64,000 bases of DNA. Source: Candidatus Poribacteria bacterium (lineage in GTDB: Bacteria; Poribacteria; WGA-4E; WGA-3G). The position numbers and the translations under genes were made by a program. The stretch spans positions 2,272,001-2,336,000 of the forward strand of contig OZ251518.1 of the NCBI GenBank assembly GCA_965242965.1, in the 5' to 3' direction. Shown piece after piece: positions 19,609 to 30,035 of this stretch (position 1 is the stretch's first letter; each line of letters starts with the position of its first letter). Below the pieces are notes generated by a model. That model searched no databases and was not told the DNA's origin. It saw only the letters and a list, made by a program, of their open reading frames with translations.

Positions 19609-19651
19609 GCGAATTACTTCCTCCAAAAGTTTTTTGTGTTCTCATGCAATT

Positions 19652-19722
19652 ATTATATCATAAACCGGTGGATATGTCAAATGGAAAAAAGATTTGCATT
19701 TTGTATCAAAATGTGGTATCAT
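19652..19722. promoter_or_regulatory. Back-to-back sigma70 promoters
   Basis: Minus strand TTGACA(19680-19675)-17-TATAAT(19657-19652); plus strand TTGCAT(19694)-17-TATCAT(19717) with extended TG. Confidence 0.65.
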
Positions 19723-19734
19723 CTTATTAGAGGT

Positions 19735-20030
19735 CGGGGTGTTTCATAAATCGCTCAACGTCGCGGGAACAGGCCCCGCGCTGCGGTGAAAAAAACGCCG
19801 CCCCTTCATGTAGGGCGAGGGCCCTCGGATGCCACACGAGCATCCGAGCGGGTTTCCCTCGCCATGCGTTTGGCTAGCAGACCGCCTCACCCCTGTAGGT
19901 CAGGATCGCCTGATCCTGACCCGTTCGGGAGCGGGCGCTCCCGAACTACAGAGATAGGCCCGATGCTTGCTGGTATTCGCCCGCCCTCCAAGGCGGGATA
20001 AATACCGAAACGAAGTTATGAAACACCCTC
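19735..20030. mobile_element. MITE-like REP-cargo element, copy 4 (296 bp, inverted relative to copies 1-2)
   Basis: TIRs CGGGGTGTTTCATAA / TTATGAAACACCCTC; degenerate 9-bp direct repeat ATTAGAGGT / ATTAAAGGC. Confidence 0.8.
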
Positions 20031-20181
20031 ATTAAAGGCATCACCGCGTCCAATTCAGCCGCTTCCGTGAGATAGAGCGGGTTTGGACAGGGGTAGCCAT
20101 TTTTAACGAGGAAACGATGGCAAATTCACCTAAACTACTTGGTGTTAACCACAACTTTGCCAGCGTCACAAGGAACAGATT

Positions 20182-23100
20182 ATGCCGACAGACTATAAAA
20201 ACATCAATCCAAAAATCAATCTGCGTAGTGTCTTCACGCGGCTTGCCGGGGACAAAGCGCATTTCGTCTATGAACTCATCCAGAATGCTGACGACAGCGA
20301 GAGTCAGTGTTTGGAGATGCACATGGAGACAGATTCCTTGCTAGTTTGGAATGATGGGCGCGCCTTCACCGAAAAAGATGTTCACAGCATCTGTTCAGTA
20401 GGTTCAAGTAATAAGGACCTGACCCAAATCGGTAACTTCGGCATTGGTTTCAAGGCAGTCTATAACTACACGGATCTTCCGGAAATCTACTCTGGAGAAG
20501 AGCGTTTTCGTATCCGCGACCTCACAGACCCCGAGGGTATTGATGGGGTGGATTCGTGGATTCAAACGCTGGTAGACGAAGGCAAAACAGTCTTTCGCTT
20601 GCCATTTAGAGATAGAGCAGATCTTGCTCTTCTGAGGGATCGACTCGGCAATTTCCAAAAGCGAACCCTACTCTTCCTGCGCCATCTAAAAACGGTTCGA
20701 TGGTATGACGATTGCAACGGCCGCGCGGGCTCTTATTCTTGTCATTCCCACCCTCATGGGACGGTTCAAAACGCGTCGCAAGTTGAACTAAACGTGTCAA
20801 TAAACGGTGAAAGCCGACTGCCGGAAACTTTCCTCGTCTTCCATAAAGCAGTTAAACCCCCTCAGGCGATGATTAATGAGGTTCTGCTGCAAGCGGAAGA
20901 TGACGAGGAACGAGGACGTATTGAGCGAGAATCAGACAAACAACAGCCGATTGAAGTAGCGTTTGGGCTAACTGATGCCCGAATTACATCAATGGATAGG
21001 GGTAAGTTGTTTGCCTACCTTCCAACCGACAAAGAGACGCACCTCCGATTCATCATTCAGGCACGGTACCAGACAACTCCCGCTCGTGACAATATTCCAA
21101 CGGACAGTCCATGGAATGACTGGTTAGTGCAGGAAACCGCCAATTTCCTTCCTGACATATTGGAACAGTTGAAAGCGGGAGATTTGCTGGACCCGGCATT
21201 TTTTAACGTGCTGCCTCTGGAAGAAGACAATGTGCCGTTGGAGTTTGCGCCTATCGCAACAGCAGTGCAGCAGGCGATGAAGGAGCGTCCCTTTGTCCCG
21301 ACTAAGGGCGGCGGGTATGCCAAAGCCGAAAACGTGTTCTATCCCCACGCCGAATCCCTGCAAAATCTTGTTGAATGCGATTGGATACACCCGAACAGCA
21401 ACTGGTTGCATCCTGACATCCGCGATGTAGAAGAGTTCCGTCGGTGCTTTAACCTAATGCGTGAGGCAGGCGTAAAAGAGATCAGCGTCAGTCAAGTCTT
21501 ACGTTGGCTTGAAGAGCAGTCTCCTGACTGGTTTGCCGGGAAACCTGTTGAATGGCTGCGCGCCTTGTATGCCTATTTGAACCAGCAGAAGTCTGAATCG
21601 GCACGGATAAAAAAGCTGCCTCTGGTTCGTCTCGAAAATGGACAGCACGTCTGTGCCGGCGATGAGTTGGCGTTCTTCCCTCCCGATACGGATGAGGCCC
21701 GTGAAGAAGTCGCACCGTTCATCAGCGAACTGCCTATTCTGCAGTCGGCACTCCTTGAAATTGACGGTGATGAGCATGGCGAGATGAAAACCTTCTTGAG
21801 GAAACTAGGCGTTCGGCCGTTGTCCCCAAAAGCGATGATTAGCGAATGGATTTGTCCAAAATACGATAGAGACGACAAACCTTCCGCTGCGCAAAACCGG
21901 ATGCATGTCCGTTACCTTTTTAAAGTTTGGGATAAGATTTCGGAATCAGAGCAGGTAGATATTCAGAACCTGCCGATTCTGTGGGCTTATCACGGAGAGC
22001 AACGAGAAACCGCTGATTTTGTCGTGCCTTGCGATGCCTATCTGCCGGAAGCCTACACCGGTGATGCGGATTTGGAAACCTACTTTTCCGCGTGCAACGA
22101 GGACATTTGGTTCGTAGACGGTGGGTATCTGGAGAACAACGACGCGGAAACTTGGCTCCGGTTTTTGAAAGGAATTGGTGTTAAGGATACGCCGCTGGTT
22201 ATTAAGAACTGGCCTGTCACGGACGCAAACTTTCGGAACTTTAGTCTCGACCGGGAACATACCAGGTATCCAGCCAAGCAAACTATTGAAGAATCTTACT
22301 TCCATGGTTTATTGGAAGTGTTGGATAAAATTAGCAATCACGGCGAAACAGGTTTTTCTCAAGTCCTCTGGAGAATTTTGGTTGGAGCCGTTTCAGCACA
22401 CGGCCGGGACACCTTATTCCATGTTAATTATCGTTGGTTCTTTCGCTGGGATCGATCAAAGACCTCTAGGTATCCTACACCATTCTATCGCCAACTCAAG
22501 GAAGCAGCTTGGCTTCCGGACGAACAAGGTAATCTTCGTCTTCCCTCAGAGTGTTTTGCGCCAACTCCTGAAAACCGCCGACTCCTAGGAGATAGCGTCG
22601 CTTACCTGCACCCCGAATTCGATCTTAGCGACGAAACTGCACGATGGCTGGCTGAGAAGTTGGGGGTCCATCTCAACGCAAATACCGAAAGTGTCCTCAA
22701 CTGTCTTCAAAACCTAAGTGGCACAACAGTATGCGTTAAGGATATTGAACCCCTCTATCGGTTCCTTGAACAACGGCAGCGCGCACGTCCACGCGAAAGC
22801 TTCCAAGAAAAACCTCTCATCTTCGCTCCGAATCCAGAACCACGCTGGTGGCGAGCGGATGAAGTGTTTTGGGAAAAGGAGGATTTAGTCTTCGGTAACG
22901 CTCGGGGGTACCTATCAGAACATTATCCGGAGATGCTAAAGCCGTTTTTCACCGCACTGGGAGTTTCGGAACGAGCTGCTCCGTTGGACTATGTCCGCCG
23001 CATCCAAGAAGTCACGGACAAAGAAGACGCTAACGATGCGGAAGTTCGCGAGCGGGTTCAGACGCTTTACCGGCGACTCTGGCAGTCTTTACAAGAAGGC

Positions 23101-24342
23101 GAAAATTGGACAGAAGACGAAGAATGGGAGCAGGCCCGCGATGGCAAATGTTGGCTCGGTAAGCAGGGAGACGAATGGGGATTTTTCCCCGCCGATGAAT
23201 TGGTTTGGAACAATCACGCTTATTTCGCCGAGCTTTTTGAAGGCAAGGTTCCATTTTGGACGTTTCCCGATGATTTACGTGCGCTTGCGGAGCATCTAAA
23301 CGTAGAACCTTGTTCTCAAGCCAATGTTGCTTTTCGCCCTTCCGGCGATGAAGAAAAAGACGACGACTGGTCGAAGAGGGTGCGAAATTTGCTCGCGGAC
23401 ATTCAGGTTTTCTTTGAATCACCACTTCTATGTGGGGAGGATAAGTCTGCTGAAGTTTTAAACAGCGTGTCGGTTTGCTTAACTGAAGAACTCATGGTAA
23501 CTTACACGTTGAAAGGCACGCCTGTTACCGATCAAGAAAATCCGCGCCAGAGTTTTTTGGACACGACAGGGCACGCCGAGACGCTCTGGCTAGGCCTCGG
23601 GGCCGACGAAGACGAATACGCCGAACTTATCGGGGATGCCTTACAGGATTATTTTGATGTCCAAGAGTTGCGGGGGTTTGTTGAGGATTTACTCACAAAA
23701 TCCCGCGACAAGGTGCTTGCTCGCTGGAAACAGCGCGGACTTCAGACAGATCTTTGTGCATCTCCCTCGGATCCAGATCCTGAAGATGCTGCAGAGGAAC
23801 CGCCAGAAACGTTTAAAGAACCCGAAAGTGAATATCCGCAACCTGCACCGGATGAATCTGAACCGAGCCCGGAGGACCCAAGTTCGCCGGGAGGCCAGAG
23901 ACACGGCGGTGCCGGTAGGAAAAGCAGAATTTTTGGCGTAGTACCCCAGGTCCCCTCGCCTCCCCACTATCGGCCAGGCAGTGGCGGGGGAGGCGAGGGA
24001 CCAGAACATTATGAACTAAAAACTTACCTCGCGGATAATCCCTCTCTCTTTGGAGAAGGGTTGGAATTGGTTGCCGTCGAGTATACGTTTCCATCAAACG
24101 ATCGAGTGGACATCTTATTTGAGGATGCCGCAGGAACTCCTGTCACCGTAGAGGTAGAAACAGACCAGCCTGCCAGCGGAATTTGGCAAGCCGTGAAGTA
24201 TAAACATCTTGCCGCCGTTGAATACGGGATACCGTGTGAGCAAGTCCGCAGCATCCTCGCCGCGCCAGTAATCTCCGAGGATATTAAGCAGAAGTGCAAA
24301 CGATTGGGAATTGAGCCTATTGAGGTCTCTTGTAAATCCTGA
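20182..24342 (+). CDS. Sacsin/NO VEIN-like GHKL ATPase with C-terminal NucS-like PD-(D/E)xK nuclease
   Basis: YELIQNADD, WNDG..F, IGNFGIGFKAVY, TVFRLPF; C-terminal EY.F...DRVDIL...VEVE...QAVKY. Confidence 0.8.
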   Translation: MPTDYKNINPKINLRSVFTRLAGDKAHFVYELIQNADDSESQCLEMHMETDSLLVWNDGRAFTEKDVHSICSVGSSNKDLTQIGNFGIGFKAVYNYTDLPEIYSGEERFRIRDLTDPEGIDGVDSWIQTLVDEGKTVFRLPFRDRADLALLRDRLGNFQKRTLLFLRHLKTVRWYDDCNGRAGSYSCHSHPHGTVQNASQVELNVSINGESRLPETFLVFHKAVKPPQAMINEVLLQAEDDEERGRIERESDKQQPIEVAFGLTDARITSMDRGKLFAYLPTDKETHLRFIIQARYQTTPARDNIPTDSPWNDWLVQETANFLPDILEQLKAGDLLDPAFFNVLPLEEDNVPLEFAPIATAVQQAMKERPFVPTKGGGYAKAENVFYPHAESLQNLVECDWIHPNSNWLHPDIRDVEEFRRCFNLMREAGVKEISVSQVLRWLEEQSPDWFAGKPVEWLRALYAYLNQQKSESARIKKLPLVRLENGQHVCAGDELAFFPPDTDEAREEVAPFISELPILQSALLEIDGDEHGEMKTFLRKLGVRPLSPKAMISEWICPKYDRDDKPSAAQNRMHVRYLFKVWDKISESEQVDIQNLPILWAYHGEQRETADFVVPCDAYLPEAYTGDADLETYFSACNEDIWFVDGGYLENNDAETWLRFLKGIGVKDTPLVIKNWPVTDANFRNFSLDREHTRYPAKQTIEESYFHGLLEVLDKISNHGETGFSQVLWRILVGAVSAHGRDTLFHVNYRWFFRWDRSKTSRYPTPFYRQLKEAAWLPDEQGNLRLPSECFAPTPENRRLLGDSVAYLHPEFDLSDETARWLAEKLGVHLNANTESVLNCLQNLSGTTVCVKDIEPLYRFLEQRQRARPRESFQEKPLIFAPNPEPRWWRADEVFWEKEDLVFGNARGYLSEHYPEMLKPFFTALGVSERAAPLDYVRRIQEVTDKEDANDAEVRERVQTLYRRLWQSLQEGENWTEDEEWEQARDGKCWLGKQGDEWGFFPADELVWNNHAYFAELFEGKVPFWTFPDDLRALAEHLNVEPCSQANVAFRPSGDEEKDDDWSKRVRNLLADIQVFFESPLLCGEDKSAEVLNSVSVCLTEELMVTYTLKGTPVTDQENPRQSFLDTTGHAETLWLGLGADEDEYAELIGDALQDYFDVQELRGFVEDLLTKSRDKVLARWKQRGLQTDLCASPSDPDPEDAAEEPPETFKEPESEYPQPAPDESEPSPEDPSSPGGQRHGGAGRKSRIFGVVPQVPSPPHYRPGSGGGGEGPEHYELKTYLADNPSLFGEGLELVAVEYTFPSNDRVDILFEDAAGTPVTVEVETDQPASGIWQAVKYKHLAAVEYGIPCEQVRSILAAPVISEDIKQKCKRLGIEPIEVSCKS

Positions 24343-24344
24343 TT

Positions 24345-24660
24345 CAGACAGTTTTCGCGAAGATCGTTGCACGGCGAGGGACAGGCCCTCGCCCTACGGT
24401 ATCCTGACGCGAAGATCGTTGCATGGCGAGGGACAGGCCCTCGCCCTACGATATCCCGACGCATTGGGCGGCCACGGCGAGGGACAGGCCCTCGCCATAC
24501 GATACTGAAAATGCCCCCCAAATACGGAGCGCGGGGACCCTCGGATGCCATACGCGCATCCGAGAGGGTTTCCCCCGCAATGCCGCCGATCCAAAATACG
24601 GAGCGCGGGGGCCCTCGGATGCCATACGCGCATCCGAGCGGGTTTCCCCCGCGATGCCTC
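24345..24660. repeat. REP cluster (three GCGAGGGACAGGCCCTCGCC(C/A)TAC and two nested GGATGCCATACGCGCATCC units)
   Basis: Directly visible repeats between convergent genes. Confidence 0.85.
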
Positions 24661-24684
24661 CACCTTACAAACACCTGATAGCGG

Positions 24685-27600
24685 TTAAGGATTATCCAAT
24701 TCTTCCAATATTTGCTGCACCAGCATCCGAAGCCGCTCATCTTTTGAGGGACGCTCCGCCTCCGGAGTCGGCGGCGTTGCAATAGATGGGGATGCCGCTT
24801 GTCCTAAAAACATCTGCTGGATTGCGCCTTCAAACGACGTATCCCACGCGAGTGCTTTGTTTGCTGCCTTGACGACTACTGCTTCTAGCTTCGGCCGGTT
24901 CTGCACCGGGTCGTTGCCGTTATCTTCCTCTGCCTGCGCATCTTTTTTCGGGACGGTGTAAATCGGCTCAACGTAAAAGATACCCTCCTCAATTGGGATA
25001 ACGTGCAGATTGCCGCGGATGACATCGTTCGCCTTCTCCCATTCAAGGAAACTGCGGGAAAGATGCTTATTAATATCGTCTTCCACCTGCTTAGGTCCCT
25101 CAACACTCACCTGGTTAGACAAAATATAGACGATGCGTTCTCCGTAGTGCGGTGCATCGCAGCGCGCCACCATCCACGCCTTCATATAGTTCACTTTCCT
25201 CGGCGGCGTAAAGGGAATGACGTTGACAAACTCCATCTTCTCCTCGCCCGGCAGCTTGAGCATCGCATAGTAGGGCATCATCTCCTGGTCTGGCACAGCG
25301 GAATAATATGCCTCTTTCGGGATTTTCCACTGCTTATCCTTGTCATAAAAGGTTTTCGCATCACGGACGTGATAGTCGCCATACATTTTCGCTTGGATGC
25401 GGGTGAGGTAATCGGGGAAGCGGAGATGCGCCTGCAACCCAGCCGGCATCTCGTCTATCGTTTTGAATAACTTCGGGAACGCGCGCCGATAGGCATCCGT
25501 AATCCACTCATCGTCCTTAATCGCGTAGAAATTCACCTCGCCGGTGTAGGCGTTGACAACCGTCACCCCCGCGTTCCTGATGTAATTGAATTTCTTAAAC
25601 CGCGGTTCCGCATATAACTCACTATCGGGGAGCAGCGAGGTATCGTCTTTGTAAAATTGCGCGTTCGGGTAATGCCGACTGGTGACGTAGAAATCGATAA
25701 TCCAATAGAGGTTACCGTCGTTGATGACAATATAAGGGTCTGCATCATAGTTAAGAAACGGCGCGATATGCGACAGCCGATCGGTGACAACGCGATTCCC
25801 CTGACGCGTGCCGATCTTCCGCCAGAACATAATCCGGCTCTCCGGTGTAATCGCAGGTTGGCGCAGGATACGGAAGAAGTCAAACCGCAGCGCGAAACAG
25901 AACCGTCGAAACCACCCACTTAACGCGACACCGCCGCTGCCATCGTAGTGATACGTCCCCTCCAGATAAGGCGGCGTGTGCCATTCTTCGGAATCCAGCA
26001 GCTGGTTGAGTTGTGAGTCGCCCGTTCCTAAATCGACTTTCCGGGTGACGTTATGCTCACTCTCGCGAGTGTTCGCGATGACATAGTCCTGCGTCATCTC
26101 GCCGTAATAGATGCGCGGTTGGGAGACGTTCAACTGCGCTGTATAAGCACGTTTGATTTTGATGGGCACATCCTTCACCCATAAATTGGGCAACCCTGTC
26201 CCTTCCAGAAATTCGTTAACCGGGGCGACGCAAACTCCGTAGCCGTGCGTAAAGGTTAGTTTCAGTTTGGACCATTCCTTTGTATCAGGGCTCGGTTCTC
26301 GCGCGGCGATGAGGACTTGTCGGTATTGTGCTGACACATCGCGAGGGACAGGCCCTCGCGCTACGGATTCAGATGTTTCTGGCAGTTCGCGAGGGACAGG
26401 CTCTCGCGCTACGGAATCAGGTGTTTCCGGCACATCGCGAGGGACAGGCTCCTGCTCTACGGAACCAGGCGTTTCTGGCATCGCGCTTCCATCACCAATC
26501 CGATACCTATCGACATCGGTATACGGATGAAAGTCGTGATGCACCTCAATCTGAGCATCGCGGAGGACGTTATAGAGGACGCGCCTGTCCCAAAGTTGGA
26601 TATTCGCCTTGACTTCTTCGTTGCGGTTGATTATCTCCAGCGTCGCCTCGCCTTTCTCATAATCCTTTTCGACGATGCTGTCCAGGTCAAACGCGTTGCG
26701 CGTGTATTCAATGTGCTGAGCGATGTGAGGTGCCTCTTTGGCGGCAGGCGTGTTTCGGACATCCCACCAATACACGGCGAGCGGATAGGCGTGAATCAGC
26801 ACGCCGTAACCGACAAGCCACATCCCTGCGGTGGCATACCACAAAATCCGTTTCCGCCAAAAGAGATTCAGCAGCACCGCAACGCCGACTCCGAGGAGGA
26901 TGCCACAATAAAGCCGAGTCGCGCCTTCAAATTGGACATCAACGTAGAAGAGTCCATGAACAGTGGTAAGTCCCTCCGAAAACGGAGTTGTGTAGACTTT
27001 GTTCCATAGATTAACGAAACTGCGCCATATCCCTGTTGCGAGCAACATGAGCCATAGCATGGAGCCGTGGATGACGATATATTTCTTGACGCGCGTCATC
27101 GTGCGCGCATCGCGCCGATAGTAGAAATTGTAAAGCAACCCGACAACTGCACACGTTACCCACAGCAGTGCCTTTACCCAGAGACTTACCCACTGATGAA
27201 CGGGGAAGTTGAAGAGATAGAAACCTACCGGGTTGCCGAATATAGTGTCGCTTTCCGGGGCAGCTGCATCGTCCGCAAGTTCAAGAGGGACAGGCACTTG
27301 CGCTACGGAATCAGGCATTTTCTCGATAGGGCGATACAGGTAACGGATGGCGGCATCGTCTAAGAGTAACATCGGCACAGCCAATACCACCGCGGCGAAA
27401 AAGATAAGGCAAAAAACGGTCCAGTGGAAAGAGACGGTGCGGGTGTGCGTCCATCGCCGAAATTCGCGCGATTCCGGGCAGAGGCGATTGGCGATGGCGG
27501 CGTTCGCGTTCATAAAACCGAGTGCCACGAGGAAAAATATGCCGAAGATGCCCCAGCGCGTCTGATGAAGTTTCCAGAAGACATCAACGTATCCGACGCT

Positions 27601-27816
27601 TTCAAACCAGAGATGTTCGGTATAGAGATAGGCGAGCGGCACGATGTTGCTGATGGCGATGATACCGCTGAGCCCCCACAGCAGGTATGCCTGCAGTTTG
27701 GCGGCACCGCGGCGGTGCCTGTCCTTCCGACGATACAGGAAAATTCCCCCGACGAACGTAACGATGCCGAGGAGGCTGCTGATGAGTATTTGTGAGATGG
27801 CGAAGTTGACTGACAT
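24685..27816 (-). CDS. UPF0182 family membrane protein with in-frame REP-derived inserts
   Basis: LWFESVGY, NIQLWD, DVDRY, FTHGYG, PRIYYGE, APFLNYDADPY, NYIRN, VIRGNLHVIP, YVEPIY. Confidence 0.9.
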   Translation of the reverse strand: MSVNFAISQILISSLLGIVTFVGGIFLYRRKDRHRRGAAKLQAYLLWGLSGIIAISNIVPLAYLYTEHLWFESVGYVDVFWKLHQTRWGIFGIFFLVALGFMNANAAIANRLCPESREFRRWTHTRTVSFHWTVFCLIFFAAVVLAVPMLLLDDAAIRYLYRPIEKMPDSVAQVPVPLELADDAAAPESDTIFGNPVGFYLFNFPVHQWVSLWVKALLWVTCAVVGLLYNFYYRRDARTMTRVKKYIVIHGSMLWLMLLATGIWRSFVNLWNKVYTTPFSEGLTTVHGLFYVDVQFEGATRLYCGILLGVGVAVLLNLFWRKRILWYATAGMWLVGYGVLIHAYPLAVYWWDVRNTPAAKEAPHIAQHIEYTRNAFDLDSIVEKDYEKGEATLEIINRNEEVKANIQLWDRRVLYNVLRDAQIEVHHDFHPYTDVDRYRIGDGSAMPETPGSVEQEPVPRDVPETPDSVAREPVPRELPETSESVARGPVPRDVSAQYRQVLIAAREPSPDTKEWSKLKLTFTHGYGVCVAPVNEFLEGTGLPNLWVKDVPIKIKRAYTAQLNVSQPRIYYGEMTQDYVIANTRESEHNVTRKVDLGTGDSQLNQLLDSEEWHTPPYLEGTYHYDGSGGVALSGWFRRFCFALRFDFFRILRQPAITPESRIMFWRKIGTRQGNRVVTDRLSHIAPFLNYDADPYIVINDGNLYWIIDFYVTSRHYPNAQFYKDDTSLLPDSELYAEPRFKKFNYIRNAGVTVVNAYTGEVNFYAIKDDEWITDAYRRAFPKLFKTIDEMPAGLQAHLRFPDYLTRIQAKMYGDYHVRDAKTFYDKDKQWKIPKEAYYSAVPDQEMMPYYAMLKLPGEEKMEFVNVIPFTPPRKVNYMKAWMVARCDAPHYGERIVYILSNQVSVEGPKQVEDDINKHLSRSFLEWEKANDVIRGNLHVIPIEEGIFYVEPIYTVPKKDAQAEEDNGNDPVQNRPKLEAVVVKAANKALAWDTSFEGAIQQMFLGQAASPSIATPPTPEAERPSKDERLRMLVQQILEELDNP

Positions 27817-27881
27817 TTTTTATTTTTCCAAAGGGAGTCGGACGCAATAACGGTTCCGCATCAGAACAATCTCATTTATAC

Positions 27882-28182
27882 GAGGGTGTTTCATAACTCG
27901 CTCAACGTCGCGGGGGAACCCGCTCGGATGCGCGTGTGGCATCCGAGGGCCCCGCGCTGCGGTGAAAAAAACGCTTCCCCTTCACGTAGGGCTGTAGGAA
28001 AACCTGTCCCTCGTCATGCGTTTGGCTGGCAGACTGCATCACCCCTGTAGGTCAAGATCGCCTGATCTTGACCCGTTCGGGATCAGGCGATCCCGAACTA
28101 CAGAGATGGGCCCAATGCCTTCTGGTATTCGCTCGCCCTCCAAGGCAGGATAAATACCGAAACGGAGTTATGAAACACCCTC
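27882..28182. mobile_element. MITE-like REP-cargo element, copy 5 (301 bp)
   Basis: Perfect TIRs GAGGGTGTTTCATAAC / GTTATGAAACACCCTC; perfect 8-bp direct repeat ATTTATAC at 27874-27881 and 28183-28190. Confidence 0.9.
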
Positions 28183-28184
28183 AT

Positions 28185-28946
28185 TTATACATAAGGCGCG
28201 ATGCACTCAGGCGAATCGTTCATCGGACGATTGACAAACCGCGACACCGGGTATGCCTCCATCTCCTCACTCGGATAGGGAACGAGGAGCGGCTGCAACG
28301 CCTCCGCTGACTGTTCCTCGGATGCGAGCCACTGCGCGTAGGCATCTGTCGGTAAAATCACCGGCATCCGGTGGTGAACCTGCTTTAACAAGGCGTTCGG
28401 CGCGCACGTGATGATGGTGCAGGAACGCACCGGCTCCTCCATCTCATCTGTCTTCCATACCTCCCATAACCCGGCAAACGCGAACGGCTTCTCGGATTGG
28501 AGCCGAATGTAGATAGGCTGTTTCAGCCTGGCGCCCGGCACCTTCTGCCATTCGTAGTATCCGTCAGCGACGATGAGGCACCGTCGCCGTTTATAGGCAG
28601 CGCGGAAGGAGGGTTTCTCGGCTAATGTTTCTGAGCGCGCGTTAATCATTCGGTTTCCGATTTTCGGGTCCTTCGCCCAAGAAGGGATGAGTCCCCAGTG
28701 GAAGAATTCGATTTGTGGGGAGGGCAGTGACTCGCGAGGGACAGGCCCTCGCGCTACGGTATCCGAAGCGTTTCCCGCGGGCGTGACGGTATCCGAATCA
28801 TTTCTCGCGGGCGTGTTGGTAATGACAGCGACATCTTGCGTCGGCGAGATGTTATAGCGCGGCGAGAGTCGCATCGGTATCTCAATGTCAAAGAAAGTTT
28901 GTGCTACCGTTTCCGTTTCGCTTGCGAGGGTAAATCGTCCGCACAT
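28185..28946 (-). CDS. SOS response-associated peptidase (SRAP/YedK/HMCES family)
   Basis: MCGRF, RYNISPTQ, WGLIPSW, INARSET, RRCLIVADGYYEW, HHRMPVIL. Confidence 0.95.
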   Translation of the reverse strand: MCGRFTLASETETVAQTFFDIEIPMRLSPRYNISPTQDVAVITNTPARNDSDTVTPAGNASDTVARGPVPRESLPSPQIEFFHWGLIPSWAKDPKIGNRMINARSETLAEKPSFRAAYKRRRCLIVADGYYEWQKVPGARLKQPIYIRLQSEKPFAFAGLWEVWKTDEMEEPVRSCTIITCAPNALLKQVHHRMPVILPTDAYAQWLASEEQSAEALQPLLVPYPSEEMEAYPVSRFVNRPMNDSPECIAPYV

Positions 28947-29009
28947 GGTGTCTCCTCCTTTCTAGGGTTTCGGTAGGCTCGGTGACAAACCGCGCTCTCC
29001 AAACGAGCA

Positions 29010-29849
29010 TTAGGTATCCGCTTTGGGTTGCGGCACGAGAATATCATCGCGCCAGCGGAGGCGGAATGAGGGACGCACGAGTGCTTCCGGTGATTGCAGC
29101 GTCAAGCCGCCATCCGCTGTCAAGACGATGCCGGTGACGAAATCTGCCTCATCGGATGCCAAGAAGAGCGCGGCATTGGCGATGTCCTCCGGCTTGCCGT
29201 ACCGTCCGATGGGATAGCAATCGCGCGAGGCTTGTTCCTCCAGCGTGTCCTCGGCGAGGGAGAGTTCGCCGCGTTCTCCAACAATCTGGCCGGGTGCAAT
29301 GGCGTTCGCGCGAATTCCCTCTCTGCCGTAATCAAGCGCGATGCTGCGCGTCAAGGCATTCAACCCACCTTTCCCCGCGCCGTAAAGTCCGAAGCCGGGG
29401 TTCGTAATCGTGGCGTTGACGGTAGAGATAAACACGAGACTGCCGCCGCCGTTGCGAGTCATTTCAGGGATACAATGCTTCGCGCCGAGCCAAGGACCGC
29501 CGAGCGTCACACCGAGGCTCTCGTTCCATTCCTCTAGTGTAAATTCAATCGCTTTTTTGGTGTAGGAGTGCGCGGCGTTATGGACAAGCGTCGTAATTTT
29601 GCCGTAGTTAGCCAACGCTGTTTTGACGAGCGTCTGCCACGTCATCTCATCGGCGACATCGCCCATCACGGCGACGGCTTCACCGCCTGCTTTCTGAATC
29701 TTCGCAACGGTTTCAGCCAATTTTCCTTCTCGGCGGCGGGTATTGACGACTACCTTCGCGCCTTCGCGTGCGAACCGGTAGGCGGTGGCTGCGCCAATGC
29801 CGCCCCATGCCGCCCCAGCGACAATAGCAACTTTTCCTTCAAGTCTCAT
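29010..29849 (-). CDS. SDR family NAD(P)-dependent oxidoreductase
   Basis: GKVAIVAGAAWGGIG, HNAA, YGAGKGG, IRANAIAPG, ADGG. Confidence 0.9.
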   Translation of the reverse strand: MRLEGKVAIVAGAAWGGIGAATAYRFAREGAKVVVNTRRREGKLAETVAKIQKAGGEAVAVMGDVADEMTWQTLVKTALANYGKITTLVHNAAHSYTKKAIEFTLEEWNESLGVTLGGPWLGAKHCIPEMTRNGGGSLVFISTVNATITNPGFGLYGAGKGGLNALTRSIALDYGREGIRANAIAPGQIVGERGELSLAEDTLEEQASRDCYPIGRYGKPEDIANAALFLASDEADFVTGIVLTADGGLTLQSPEALVRPSFRLRWRDDILVPQPKADT

Positions 29850-29874
29850 CGTTATCTCCCCTCTATTGAATGAT

Positions 29875-30035
29875 AATAACCGTCTCGGCCCCCGTAGCGC
29901 GAGGGCCTGTCCCTCGCAATGCCCTGTTGATAATAACCGTCCCGGCCCCCGTAGCGCGAGGGCCTGTCCCTCGCGATCGTGCAGGCCGTTTCCGTAGCGC
30001 GAGGGCCTGTCCCTCGCAACGCCGTAATGCCGCAC
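29875..30035. repeat. REP cluster (three GTAGCGCGAGGGCCTGTCCCTCGC units)
   Basis: Three near-identical palindromes, two within a short tandem duplication. Confidence 0.8.

Noticed and set aside
24024-24785. Several overlapping ORFs (including 252 aa) over the REP cluster
   Set aside because: Translations are REP-derived (RGPVPR, GTGPRPT), overlap real genes, and are open only because the GC-rich repeats lack stops
1407-28946. Functional link between the PabI glycosylase (makes abasic sites) and SRAP (shields abasic sites)
   Set aside because: 26 kb apart, and SRAP is widespread; no sequence evidence of linkage
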